Part shown: positions 35,020 to 43,852 of the stretch, in pieces
Layout of the letters: each line of letters begins with the position of its first letter
Numbering within the stretch: the stretch's first letter is position 1
Assembly (NCBI GenBank): GCA_038118245.1
Contig: JAYOHN010000004.1
Location: 1 to 57,053 of the forward strand
Length of the DNA stretch: 57,053 bases
Origin: Poseidonia sp.
Lineage (GTDB): Archaea; Thermoplasmatota; Poseidoniia; Poseidoniales; Poseidoniaceae
Direction of reading: 5' to 3'
The notes under the pieces: generated by a model
The model's input: the letters and a program-made list of their open reading frames with translations, nothing else
Database searches by the model: none
Told to the model about the DNA's origin: nothing
Program-made: the position numbers and the translations under genes

Positions 35020-35286
35020 TCAAAGGTGCTCGATGCCTTGCTTCTTGACGTTGGCCTTCTTGATCTTGTCTGGGAGCCAAGCAGGGCCGCCAGCAGGCTT
35101 GTCGACCATCGAGATGCTGCCCGTGAAGACGTGGACACGCTTGGTGCCACGCTCTCGTAGGCGGATGTTCGTGTGTCCGCGCGTTGCGGCCTTCAAGGCT
35201 GCACCGCGTGGTTGCTTGCTCGCAAATACCTGGCTCGTGTCTTTTCCGTTCTCCATGAGAACGAAGTATTTCTTTCCGTCTGACAT
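35020..35286 (-). CDS. Chromosomal protein MC1
   Basis: The start is set to the ATG at 35284-35286 (MSDGKKYFVLMENGKDTSQVFASKQPRGAALKAATRGHTNIRLRERGTKRVHVFTG...PAWLPDKIKKANVKKQGIEHL). This is a strong match to the MC1 pattern (QPRQAALKAA..RG...I.LRERGTKKVHVF...PAWMP..I.KP.VKK). The track start at 35304 is a GTG upstream of the likely transcription start. Confidence 0.9.
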   Translation of the reverse strand: MSDGKKYFVLMENGKDTSQVFASKQPRGAALKAATRGHTNIRLRERGTKRVHVFTGSISMVDKPAGGPAWLPDKIKKANVKKQGIEHL

Positions 35287-35294
35287 TTGGATTA

Positions 35295-35330
35295 CCTCCG
35301 GCACAGCGTTACACCGTTGAGCATATAATG
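35295..35330 (-). promoter_or_regulatory. MC1 promoter/leader: TATA box plus Shine-Dalgarno
   Basis: The minus strand reads AAAAACATTATATGC (TATA at 35321-35330). GGAGG (35295-35299) lies 8 nt upstream of the ATG at 35286. Confidence 0.5.
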
Positions 35331-35436
35331 TTTTTCCCGAAAAAAGGCATGACTGCGCTCCATATGGCGCTCAGTGCCCTTTTCCAGAGGGCCAAAAATC
35401 ATGAAATTCAGCGCCGCCCATCGTTTTTAGGTGGGC

Positions 35437-35706
35437 TCACACCAAGTCCGCACCGGCGAGGGTTTTGGTGTTGATCACGCCTTCCACCGAGCGAATGTGT
35501 TCAACAACGGATTTTGCGATGGTGGCGAGGGCGTCTGCCTCCAGCTTCACGATGAGGTCGTGGTCCCCAAACAGGACGGTGGCATCGGTGACGTGCGGGA
35601 GGGATTTCACCGCTTCGTACACGCTTTGTTCGGTGCCCGGTTGAACGTTGATGAGGACGTATCCAATCGCCATGAACCCCAACAGATAGCGGTGGTGCTT
35701 CAACAT
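35437..35706 (-). CDS. Stand-alone Lrp/AsnC ligand-binding (RAM) domain protein
   Basis: The ATG at 35704-35706 shares its A with the TGA of the upstream giant gene. An alternative ATG is at 35673. The sequence MAIGYVLINVQPGTEQSVYEAVKSLPHVTDATVLFGDHDLIVKLEADALATIAKSVVEHIRSVEGVINTKT is the typical ~78-aa RAM fold pattern without a DNA-binding domain. Confidence 0.7.
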   Translation of the reverse strand: MLKHHRYLLGFMAIGYVLINVQPGTEQSVYEAVKSLPHVTDATVLFGDHDLIVKLEADALATIAKSVVEHIRSVEGVINTKTLAGADLV

Positions 35707-38700
35707 CACCCTTCGTTTTCGCCGTTTGTTTCGGAAAGCAAGGCCCGGTGTTCTTCGACATAAGCGTTCCATTGCTCTGCCGTCCATCCCTCCGGTAAGG
35801 GGCCCTCCAGCCAGCGCTTGAAATCCTCGACCGTCCAACCATCGGGAACAAAGGAAGGCCGAGGGTCTGGTGCTGCGACTTCCCCGAACAGATGGGTGTC
35901 CTGAACGCCCTCGAAGAGGTCCTCGAGCGAGGCGAGGTTCGTTTCATCCACGTCGCCCCACGTTGATGCTTCATGCCGACGTCCGCTACGCCGCAGCATC
36001 AGGAAAGATGCCAGAACGGCAAGGAAAGCGATAAGCAACCCAACGGCCGTTTTTTCAAGCGTCCCGCTGTCCAAATCGGCAGCAGGCGTTTGGGATTCGT
36101 TGTCAAGAATTTCACACGATGTGCACGTTTCTGCAGGTCCAACGGTGAGCAAGGTTTCGTGGACGAAGAGCTGTTGCAAATCATCAATGCAGGTGATGTT
36201 GACCGTGACCGTCGAGTTGGCGAGTGACCTCGGTATCGGGTACTGCCAGCGAAGTTGGTTGGTGAAGACCCCTTCCGGGCCTGCGGCCACAGCCGATTGA
36301 CTCAACAGGTTGCTGGCGTTGTCAAACAGGTTGTAGGCGCAAAGGACCTTGTCCAACCCGTCCAGGTCGCTCAGGGTGAGGTTGGTGAAGAGGTCGGTTT
36401 CGGGAAGCGCATCGGAGTGCGTGACGGCGATGAATTCGGTGGGTGCATGCTGGAACATCAACGAGAGCGACGTGGATTTGACCAAACCGTCAATGTCCGT
36501 GACCGAGAACACCGCCTTGCCTTCACCGTCCACCATGGAGTTGTCCAATTTCAAACGGAAGGCCAGCCATTGGATGTCCGGTTCCTCGAAAAGCGTCCGG
36601 TCACAGGCCTCCGGAGCTTCGCCTTCAGGCCACAGAAGGTCATCGGTTTCGGGTGCGTTGATCGCCCAGCCCGATTGGGTGAGGCGGGCACTGGTGCTTT
36701 CGATGGGACGGTCGCTGATGAGACCAACGTACAGCAACGCCGTTTGTCCAAAGGTCATGTTACTGACCACGCCATCAGCGTCACATGCTTCAATCAACAG
36801 GACTTCAGGGGGGGTGAGGAGGAAGGGCACCTCCAGTTGGGCGATGGATGTCCCGCCGTGCTCCCCGCGTCCAGCGGCCTCGACCAACAAGTTTCCAGCC
36901 TCAAGGGGGACATCAAGCCGCTCGAGGGGGAGAATCGTGGTGTTGGCGTCTGCCGGGATGTCGAGGGGAAGTTGAATGGCCATCCCGCCCGGCCATTGAA
37001 TCGTGACGTCACCCACGAAGGGTGTTCCCGGGTCGTCAACGTCCTGCACGGTCACCCGCAGGCGTTCTTTGCCGTTGCCCACCACGCGGTCAAGCGGTTC
37101 ACCAAGTTCGTCCTCGAGGTGGAGTTCAAGCTGAGGAGGCATGTCAGCAACCCGAACCGTCCGCTGCAGGAGCAAGGAGCCGGTGGGTTCACGCACCTCA
37201 ACGGTGACATCGCTCAAAGCGCTTCCAAGCGACAGGTTGAACGCAGCCGCATAACAATAGAGGTGCGCGGCTTGTTGAGGCACATAGGTGACGTTGCCGA
37301 CCGTGCCCCGATTGGCGAGGAACAGCGGCACGCCGTTCTCCAAGCGATAATCCGCATCCTGTACGCAGGCGGTAAGGGTGGTCTCAAGATGACGGTAGAT
37401 GCCTTGAGCGGGTCGGTTTCCTAGAGGCGAGGCTTTGTTCCAATCGCCTGCATCAACGCCCGCTACATGGGGGCCGTACCACGAGGGGGGGGCATCGGCG
37501 ACCCTTGACACGTTGGTGACCAGGATGCTTGCGGTCATGTTCCCTGCATCGTGAACCGTTGCTCGTAAGGCAATCCATCCGAGGGTGGCGTTGGCTGGGA
37601 CGACCAAACTTGTTTCCCACACCGACGGATTGATCTGACCGAGGGCAATGAGGCTCCAGTTGGTGTTGTTCAAGGTGGCGTTGGGTTGGACGATCTGCCA
37701 CTCAAGCGTTGCATCGGTGACGTTGACGTCGTCGGTCGCCTCAACCGAACAAATCGTGTAGGCGCCTCGGGTCACGACCGACGCGCTGCAGTAGGCGTCT
37801 TGCACGGTGGGCGGTGCGTTGACCACGATGCTAAACGGGTACAGGTTGTTTGCGAAATTTCGCTCTTCGCTCTGGTTGTCGTAACGAATTCGAAGGTCGA
37901 GGTAGCCGGAAGAAGGCGGGACGACGGTGAGGTTGACCAGGGTACGGCTGCCTGCCTGGTCGCCGGGCGGGAGGGAAATCACGGTTTGGTTCAGGACGCT
38001 GTTGCCCTGTACGGTTTGCACCATGAGCGTCCCGTTGGAGGTCGCCATACCTCGGTTTTCAATCAGCATCTGGACAACGGTATCCTGACCGAGGTTGGCC
38101 GAACCGAGGACGCGCACATCAACGATGCTGATGTCGTGGAAGATGTCGGCATAGGGGGCCATTTTCGGATCGCCCACCACCACGCCCATCCAACCCGAAA
38201 GCCGGTTTGCCGAGGCGTGGCTTTCGGCAAGGTTGTAGCCAGAAGCGTAGGAGGTCAAGTACACGCTTGGAAGGCCAACGGCGGTGAGGTAGGGCTCGTA
38301 GACGTACCCTTTCACACCCGACACCCCGTCCTCGAGAAGGTCGGCGATGAGGGATTGGCCGTAACCCGTTCCCCAATTGAAGGAGCGGCCCCCGGTGGAC
38401 ACCGCCGTGTCTGCGATGGAACCGTTCACCCAATCCATGTGCGGTCGGATTGCACGCAAAAGCACGGTGTCGATGTAGAAGGCACCGCTCGTCGAGGTCG
38501 AGGCGATGTCCAAAGGCACCCGCACTTCGAACTGGGAGGCGTTCGGGTCCGGTCGGAATCGCATCGATTTCGCAGCCCAAGCGGTCGTGAAGGTCTTCAT
38601 CGTGGAGGTGTTGGTGGAGAGCGTCTGACCGAGGGTGTCTTGAGCGGTCAATTCGAGGCCGAAGGCTCCGTTGACCTCTCCGCCTCGCTTTCCATAGACG

Positions 38701-41003
38701 TAACCAATCCACGCGTGCCCCTTCAGCTCTTCCGGGACCGAGAAGGTGGTGACCAGGTGGGCAACGTCGGTGCCACCACCGGAGTAGGTTGTGCAGTTGT
38801 CGACGATGGTGCGGCGAAGGGAGGTGATGTCGTGGTGGTCCAAGGCCACGTCCCAAACGCGAATTTCGTCGATCATTCCCTCAAAAAAGGCGTTTCCAGC
38901 GCGATTGACACCAAGTTTGTACAGGTCAATGTTGGTGAAGGATCCGTTCGGATAGGTGTTGGTGTTCACCAAGACGCCGTCCATGTATTGACGGATTTCC
39001 CCGTTGTCAAACACCGACACGAGGTGGGTCCACCGTTTCGGCGTCACATCCCCAAAAGGATGGGATTGGTTGTTATGAAGCCGCCATTGATGGCCGGAAA
39101 TCATGTGCTGGAAGGAAAGGTTGGAGCCGGCTTGGTTGTTCACGGCAAAGGTTGAGGCGTAGTTGGTTTGGTTGGAGAGGTTCGCCCACACCCACTGACT
39201 GACGGAGAGGTTGCCGGCCCAATCGGTGACGTCAACGCTCGCAACATCGTTCTCTCCGTCGAACCAGAGGCAGCCGCCGTCGACGCATGCTTTCCAGTTG
39301 GAGGCGTTCATCCCGGTGAGGGTGAGGTTTGCACTTCCGTTGACCGAATTGCTGGCCTGGCCTCCTGAGCCGTCTTCAAGCGACCATGCATGAACGAGGT
39401 GGTTTGACTGTGGGACCAGGTCGCCGTCCACGTAGAATGCAGAACTTGGGACGGTTGTTTTCGAAGTGTTTGGCCCCTGCCAGGAAAAGACGAGTCCGTG
39501 AGGGCCGCCGCCCTGGAAGAACTCAACGCGGAAATCGTGGAGACCCGCCGTGAGGTTGACAAAACCCGAACGTTCCACCATGCCGTGCATGCCGTGATTC
39601 TGGACCACGCTGTTTCCGTTCACCCACAGTTCGGAGCCGTCGTCCGAATTGAGGAAGAAACTCCAGTTTCCAGAGAAAGGGATGTCGATGAGTCCGCTGA
39701 ACCGGGCCCCCCAATGCTGTTTGAAGCGGTCGTCCAGTCCGGGATAGGCGTTGTTCGATGAACCTCGGTTCAGGTGCGGCTCGATTTGAATGCGGTCGGG
39801 CTCCCGGTCGATGAGCGACGGCATCGAGGCGGCGTTGAAGGAGACGCCATCGTTGTCAAAGTATTCGCCGTAAATCCCCTGCATCATGTGGCCCGAGTCC
39901 TGTTCACAAGCGGTGCTGACGGCGGCCTCGAACGCTCCGTTTCCTCCCTGTTTTGTTTGGTTTTGGTACGCCCACACAAACGAATCGTTCCCGCTCACGG
40001 CGGGGCCGCTGTGGCTCCAGTAACGCGAACCGCTTTGCCATGTGACATCACGGGTGTCAAAGCCTCCGTTCGGGAGGTAGTTTCGGTTCCAGTTACCATC
40101 GTTACTGCCCCACGAAGCGTAGCCCATCACGTTGGAAACGTTGGTGAGAAATTCGGTCTCTTCGTCAAAGATGACGGGCAAACCCATGCTGCCGTTGAGC
40201 GTGGTGTTGGCCGTGTAGAGGTTGTCGTTCCAAAATTTGTATCCCGAGCCGTTTCGATTGGTTGCGAGGTCAAGCACGAATGTTCCTCGCTGACCTAAAC
40301 TTTGGTTCGCTCGTTCGATCAGCTCAAGCGCCGTGTCCACGGTGTACCCCGTCAATCTCGTGACGAGGAAAAACCCGTATTTGCTGCGGGTGAACGGTTC
40401 CATGGCTTTTCCAGCCAGTGGGCCGTAATCGTGATTGAACCAGTAGTTGTTTCCAATGGTCGCGTTGTAAGAGCCTCCAAGCAAGGCCAATTCCTGGTCA
40501 AAACTGGCTTTGTCGTTCCCACCCGAAACACGAAGGGGCATGCCTTTGGTCGTGACGAGGTAGTTCAGCGAACTCGAGGAACTTCGGTTTTGGAGCATCT
40601 CAAGAAAAGGGAGGGCAAAAAACGAGGTGAATTGATTGCGGTTCACCGTCTCGCCTGTCGGCGTCCCCGTTTCGTTGAAGATGAACACGCGGTCGAGGGA
40701 AATGTTTCGTGCGGCGACAAAGGCCCAGCCGATGGTACGGCTTTCAGAAGAGAGGTTGTTGATGAGCACTCCAACATCGCTGTAGTCGATCACGCTGCTG
40801 TACGAAAAGCCGCCGGGCACGGCGACGCTTCGCCAAGGGGTCTCGTTCCAGAGGTCCTCGGCTTCGCCGACATGAAAACCGTCAAAGATGGAATCGTTGC
40901 CCTCCAACACGCTTGGAGAAGGCGAAGTGTTGTGGGGTTGCAACGGCAACAGAGAAAGCAACATCAACACAACAAAAGCGAGACTGCTCCGCTTCGTGTG
41001 CAT
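35706..41003 (-). CDS. Giant surface protein (1766 aa from the chosen start) with PA14 and LamG/concanavalin-like domains, CARDB-like repeats, a C-terminal TM anchor and an acidic cytoplasmic tail
   Basis: From ORF 35706..41474, with the start moved to the ATG at 41001-41003, which gives a signal peptide MHTKRSSLAFVVLMLLSLLPL (alternative ATG at 41102). PA14 (nt ~39471-39872) is YGEYFDNDGVSF...GARFSGLIDIPFSGNWSFFLNSDDGSELWVNG...LHDFRVEFFQGGGPHGLVFSWQGP. LamG (nt ~38841-39392) is ...CLWFDGENDVASV...WTHLVSVFDNGEIRQYMDGVLV...FFEGMIDEIRVWDVAL. The TM helix is TAVGLLIAFLAVLASFLML (nt 35994-36050). Confidence 0.85.
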   Translation of the reverse strand: MHTKRSSLAFVVLMLLSLLPLQPHNTSPSPSVLEGNDSIFDGFHVGEAEDLWNETPWRSVAVPGGFSYSSVIDYSDVGVLINNLSSESRTIGWAFVAARNISLDRVFIFNETGTPTGETVNRNQFTSFFALPFLEMLQNRSSSSSLNYLVTTKGMPLRVSGGNDKASFDQELALLGGSYNATIGNNYWFNHDYGPLAGKAMEPFTRSKYGFFLVTRLTGYTVDTALELIERANQSLGQRGTFVLDLATNRNGSGYKFWNDNLYTANTTLNGSMGLPVIFDEETEFLTNVSNVMGYASWGSNDGNWNRNYLPNGGFDTRDVTWQSGSRYWSHSGPAVSGNDSFVWAYQNQTKQGGNGAFEAAVSTACEQDSGHMMQGIYGEYFDNDGVSFNAASMPSLIDREPDRIQIEPHLNRGSSNNAYPGLDDRFKQHWGARFSGLIDIPFSGNWSFFLNSDDGSELWVNGNSVVQNHGMHGMVERSGFVNLTAGLHDFRVEFFQGGGPHGLVFSWQGPNTSKTTVPSSAFYVDGDLVPQSNHLVHAWSLEDGSGGQASNSVNGSANLTLTGMNASNWKACVDGGCLWFDGENDVASVDVTDWAGNLSVSQWVWANLSNQTNYASTFAVNNQAGSNLSFQHMISGHQWRLHNNQSHPFGDVTPKRWTHLVSVFDNGEIRQYMDGVLVNTNTYPNGSFTNIDLYKLGVNRAGNAFFEGMIDEIRVWDVALDHHDITSLRRTIVDNCTTYSGGGTDVAHLVTTFSVPEELKGHAWIGYVYGKRGGEVNGAFGLELTAQDTLGQTLSTNTSTMKTFTTAWAAKSMRFRPDPNASQFEVRVPLDIASTSTSGAFYIDTVLLRAIRPHMDWVNGSIADTAVSTGGRSFNWGTGYGQSLIADLLEDGVSGVKGYVYEPYLTAVGLPSVYLTSYASGYNLAESHASANRLSGWMGVVVGDPKMAPYADIFHDISIVDVRVLGSANLGQDTVVQMLIENRGMATSNGTLMVQTVQGNSVLNQTVISLPPGDQAGSRTLVNLTVVPPSSGYLDLRIRYDNQSEERNFANNLYPFSIVVNAPPTVQDAYCSASVVTRGAYTICSVEATDDVNVTDATLEWQIVQPNATLNNTNWSLIALGQINPSVWETSLVVPANATLGWIALRATVHDAGNMTASILVTNVSRVADAPPSWYGPHVAGVDAGDWNKASPLGNRPAQGIYRHLETTLTACVQDADYRLENGVPLFLANRGTVGNVTYVPQQAAHLYCYAAAFNLSLGSALSDVTVEVREPTGSLLLQRTVRVADMPPQLELHLEDELGEPLDRVVGNGKERLRVTVQDVDDPGTPFVGDVTIQWPGGMAIQLPLDIPADANTTILPLERLDVPLEAGNLLVEAAGRGEHGGTSIAQLEVPFLLTPPEVLLIEACDADGVVSNMTFGQTALLYVGLISDRPIESTSARLTQSGWAINAPETDDLLWPEGEAPEACDRTLFEEPDIQWLAFRLKLDNSMVDGEGKAVFSVTDIDGLVKSTSLSLMFQHAPTEFIAVTHSDALPETDLFTNLTLSDLDGLDKVLCAYNLFDNASNLLSQSAVAAGPEGVFTNQLRWQYPIPRSLANSTVTVNITCIDDLQQLFVHETLLTVGPAETCTSCEILDNESQTPAADLDSGTLEKTAVGLLIAFLAVLASFLMLRRSGRRHEASTWGDVDETNLASLEDLFEGVQDTHLFGEVAAPDPRPSFVPDGWTVEDFKRWLEGPLPEGWTAEQWNAYVEEHRALLSETNGENEG

Positions 41004-41147
41004 CGGTTGTTGCACCGTCGGGGCCTCTTTAGCCGTATCGCTCAAATGCCTGAGGCTCACCACCAAGGCGCCTGCGAGGGTGGAGAATCGGTTCTTCTTC
41101 ATGAAAAAAGGGCGCAGAGCATATGTAGGGTGGCCCTCTATGGAGTT

Positions 41148-41789
41148 ATGATGGCCGAACTCTACATGGCAAGAACATGCAAGCACGGCGTCCTGCGTGT
41201 GATGGGTGGTGAGGTTTGGGACCATTCCGGCGATGTCCTCGTAACACCGGCCAACAACCGCCTTTCCGGTCGCGAGGGAATGGACAAGACGATCCACCAA
41301 AAGGCGGGCAAAGAGTTGACGCAGGTCACCCGAAACATCTGCCTTGAAATGCGGAAAATCAACGCTCCCCCCTGTGCGGTGACAAAAAACGTCGTCACTG
41401 AACCCTTTGCGCTCTCCACGAACTTCACCCACATCATCCACGCCGTTGGCCCCGATTGCCGTCGACCCAACCAAGACGAATCACGACGAGAATTGCTGGC
41501 TGAAACGTATCAGAACCTCTTCGCAACCATTGAAGAGTTGGGGGACATCACTCGGGTCGTTTCCCCTCCGCTTTCCATGGGCGTGTTTGCCTACCCGCAC
41601 CGGGAGGGGGCTCGACTAACGCTCCAAGTCCTGCTTGAAATGCTCGACGGGGAGAAAGACTACGGCATCCGCCATTACACCATCGTGGTCAAAGAACGGA
41701 ACTTCATCAACAACATGCGAACGGTGTACCGGGAAGGGGAAGACCAATTCCCCGGCGTGGACACCACGATGGAAGAATCAGTTCGCTAA
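41148..41789 (+). CDS. Macro domain protein (ADP-ribose binding/hydrolase family)
   Basis: This is the 3' part of ORF 40302..41789, whose upstream portion is antisense to the giant gene. The start is set at the ATG at 41148. The pattern VMGGEVWDHSGDVLVTPANNRLSGREGMDKTIHQKAGKEL...THIIHAVGPD...VVSPPLSMGVFAYP follows the macro-domain consensus (GDI...IVN.AN..L.GGGGVD.AIH.AAG ... VIH.VGP ... FP.IS.G.YG.P). Confidence 0.7.
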   Translation: MMAELYMARTCKHGVLRVMGGEVWDHSGDVLVTPANNRLSGREGMDKTIHQKAGKELTQVTRNICLEMRKINAPPCAVTKNVVTEPFALSTNFTHIIHAVGPDCRRPNQDESRRELLAETYQNLFATIEELGDITRVVSPPLSMGVFAYPHREGARLTLQVLLEMLDGEKDYGIRHYTIVVKERNFINNMRTVYREGEDQFPGVDTTMEESVR

Positions 41790-42323
41790 GCGGTTATCGA
41801 TTCGGTCAATTCGGTCGTTTAGGGCTTTGATTTCCTCGCTGGCGCTGGAGAGCCCCGCGCTTTCCAAATTCCGCTGTACCGACAAGTGCATGCGCTTGAT
41901 TTCGTTGGTGCGTTGGACCTTGTCTTTGGGTCGATTCACAGCGCTGCGCATGCTCATCAACCATTCTTCAAGCAGGGCAGCCCCCCACTCCGGGACCCTC
42001 AACTCGCTCGAGAGAAGGATGGTATGGCGCCGATGTTGAAACCGAGTTTTTCCTTCCATGGTGCGAAGACCCTGGATGGAGCCGGGGTTCCATGTTTCAA
42101 GCGGGATGTGAAGGTGTTGCTGGATGCTCAAGCGCCCGTTCGCCCCCAAGGTGAAGTCAGCGATGAGAACGCTGGCTGACAACCGCAGGAACACCTGGAC
42201 GATGTCGTCGTGCACCGCCCAATCCGAAATCCGAACGGGGCGCTCGCCCCACGTGACATCGCACCATGCTTCAATCGCCGAGTGGTGCGTGTGCATGGGT
42301 GTGATGGTACGGTAACCCATCAT
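41778..42323 (-). CDS. Hypothetical protein with a C-terminal coiled coil
   Basis: The track ORF starts at TTG 42362, and the first ATG is 42323. The C-terminus NEIKRMHLSVQRNLESAGLSSASEEIKALNDRIDRIDNRLAN is heptad-like. No family recognised. Confidence 0.45.
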   Translation of the reverse strand: MMGYRTITPMHTHHSAIEAWCDVTWGERPVRISDWAVHDDIVQVFLRLSASVLIADFTLGANGRLSIQQHLHIPLETWNPGSIQGLRTMEGKTRFQHRRHTILLSSELRVPEWGAALLEEWLMSMRSAVNRPKDKVQRTNEIKRMHLSVQRNLESAGLSSASEEIKALNDRIDRIDNRLAN

Positions 42324-42394
42324 CAAGTTTTGTCCCGACGAGCGGCAAGGAGGGAATATCAACGTTCAAGGCAGAACAGGCCGTCGGACGTCAC

Positions 42395-43852
42395 ATGGTG
42401 GGCACCTGGGGGTCGGTTCAAGCGGACTGGACCGTGTTGTTTGCCCTGCTGCTTGGTTGGTACATCCTGATTCGCACATGGGAGCGAAACGGGACCCTTG
42501 ACCGATGGAACGCCACGCGTGCGCTCGGCATCGTCTTGATGGTGCGTACCCAGCGGGGGCAGCGTCTCCTTGACCGCTTGGCGAAACCCCGGAAGTTTTG
42601 GCGAGCGTACGGCGAGGTCTCGTTGTGGGTCTGTTCGCTTTCGATGCTCGCCGTGGCGTTGGTGGTGCTTTTGGCCTTCGTCACCTCGCTGGTCAATCCG
42701 CCCACCGCTGCTCCACCATCGGCGAGCGAATTGGTAGCCGTTCCCGGTTTGAACCCGGTGATTCCCCTGGGCTGGGGCGCCCTGGCCTTCGTGATTTCTT
42801 TGGTGATTCATGAATTCGGCCACGGGCTTTTGGCGCGTGGCCACGGCATGCGGGTTCGATCCTTCGGTCTGCTTCAGCTCGGGCCGCTTCCGCTGGGGGC
42901 GTTCGCTGAACCTCAGGCCGAGGAACTGATGCGTGCTCCCCGACGTGAACGCTTGCGCATGTTCGCCGCAGGTCCCGCCACGAACCTTTTCGCGGCCTTC
43001 GTGATGTTGCTCTTGCTGGGGGGCGTTGCGGGACAGATCACGGCCAAAGAAGACTACCTCCACGTGCAAGGCATCGTTGTCGGTGGAGGGGCAGAACAGG
43101 CCGGCATGCAGCCGTGGGACACGCTGGTGTCCATCGATGGTCAACCGATTCACAACAGCGAAGATTTCCGCAACGTGTTGTTGGGTTACCGCGCCAACGA
43201 CACCGTTGACATGGTGGTAGTCCATGAAGACGGGCAACGGGAAACCTTGTCCGCCACCTTTGGGGATAAACACGCGTACTACAAAGCCCTCGGATGGGAT
43301 GACGAGGTGTTGGAAAACCTCGAAATTCACCCGGAAGACCCGTTCTTGGGAGTGGAAGGTCTCTCAGAAGGCACGGCGGGCATTGACCGGCTTGCAGGAC
43401 CGTTTTCGCCCCGCTGGGAGGGCTCCTTCGGCCAGCGTTTGCTGATGCTGCCCATTCACATCCTCAACATCCTCATCGTGCCGTTTGAACTCAACGGCGT
43501 GGCGATTCATCCCTTTGAGGAAACGCTGCTCACGGCAAGCGACGGTGCCGTCGGTGCGGTGTTGGGCACCGGCGGGTTGTTGTTTCTAGCGAACCTGTTC
43601 TTTTGGTTGATGTGGGTGAACATTCTGCTCGGCTTCACCAACCTTGTTCCCATGGTGCCGTTTGACGGCGGGCACATGTTGCGCGACATGCTGCACGGAT
43701 TCCTCAGTGGGGTAAAACGCGTGGGTCGCAAACTGAAACTGTGGGACCTGCACCCCATGTGGGTGGACCATCTCTCATCGAAAGCCTCCAGTTATTCATC
43801 GCTGGTGTTGCTCGTGATGCTGGTGTTCACCATGGCTGCGCCGTACCTGTGA
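42395..43852 (+). CDS. Site-2 protease (peptidase M50) with a PDZ domain
   Basis: 485 aa. The zinc site is HEFGHGLLARGHGM within a TM helix. The second motif is FTNLVPMVPFDGGHML. The PDZ-like GIVVGGGAEQAGMQPWDTLVSIDGQPI sits between the membrane halves. Confidence 0.85.
   Translation: MVGTWGSVQADWTVLFALLLGWYILIRTWERNGTLDRWNATRALGIVLMVRTQRGQRLLDRLAKPRKFWRAYGEVSLWVCSLSMLAVALVVLLAFVTSLVNPPTAAPPSASELVAVPGLNPVIPLGWGALAFVISLVIHEFGHGLLARGHGMRVRSFGLLQLGPLPLGAFAEPQAEELMRAPRRERLRMFAAGPATNLFAAFVMLLLLGGVAGQITAKEDYLHVQGIVVGGGAEQAGMQPWDTLVSIDGQPIHNSEDFRNVLLGYRANDTVDMVVVHEDGQRETLSATFGDKHAYYKALGWDDEVLENLEIHPEDPFLGVEGLSEGTAGIDRLAGPFSPRWEGSFGQRLLMLPIHILNILIVPFELNGVAIHPFEETLLTASDGAVGAVLGTGGLLFLANLFFWLMWVNILLGFTNLVPMVPFDGGHMLRDMLHGFLSGVKRVGRKLKLWDLHPMWVDHLSSKASSYSSLVLLVMLVFTMAAPYL

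Noticed and set aside
36255-39155. Long plus-strand ORFs (36255..37424, 389 aa; 37686..39155, 489 aa; also the 5' part of 40302..41789) inside the giant surface protein gene
   Set aside because: They are antisense to a CDS with clear PA14/LamG domains. Their composition is Gly/Arg/His/Val-rich with no motifs, as expected for stop-poor antisense frames in high-GC DNA. Only the 3' end of 40302..41789 (macro domain, from 41148) is accepted.
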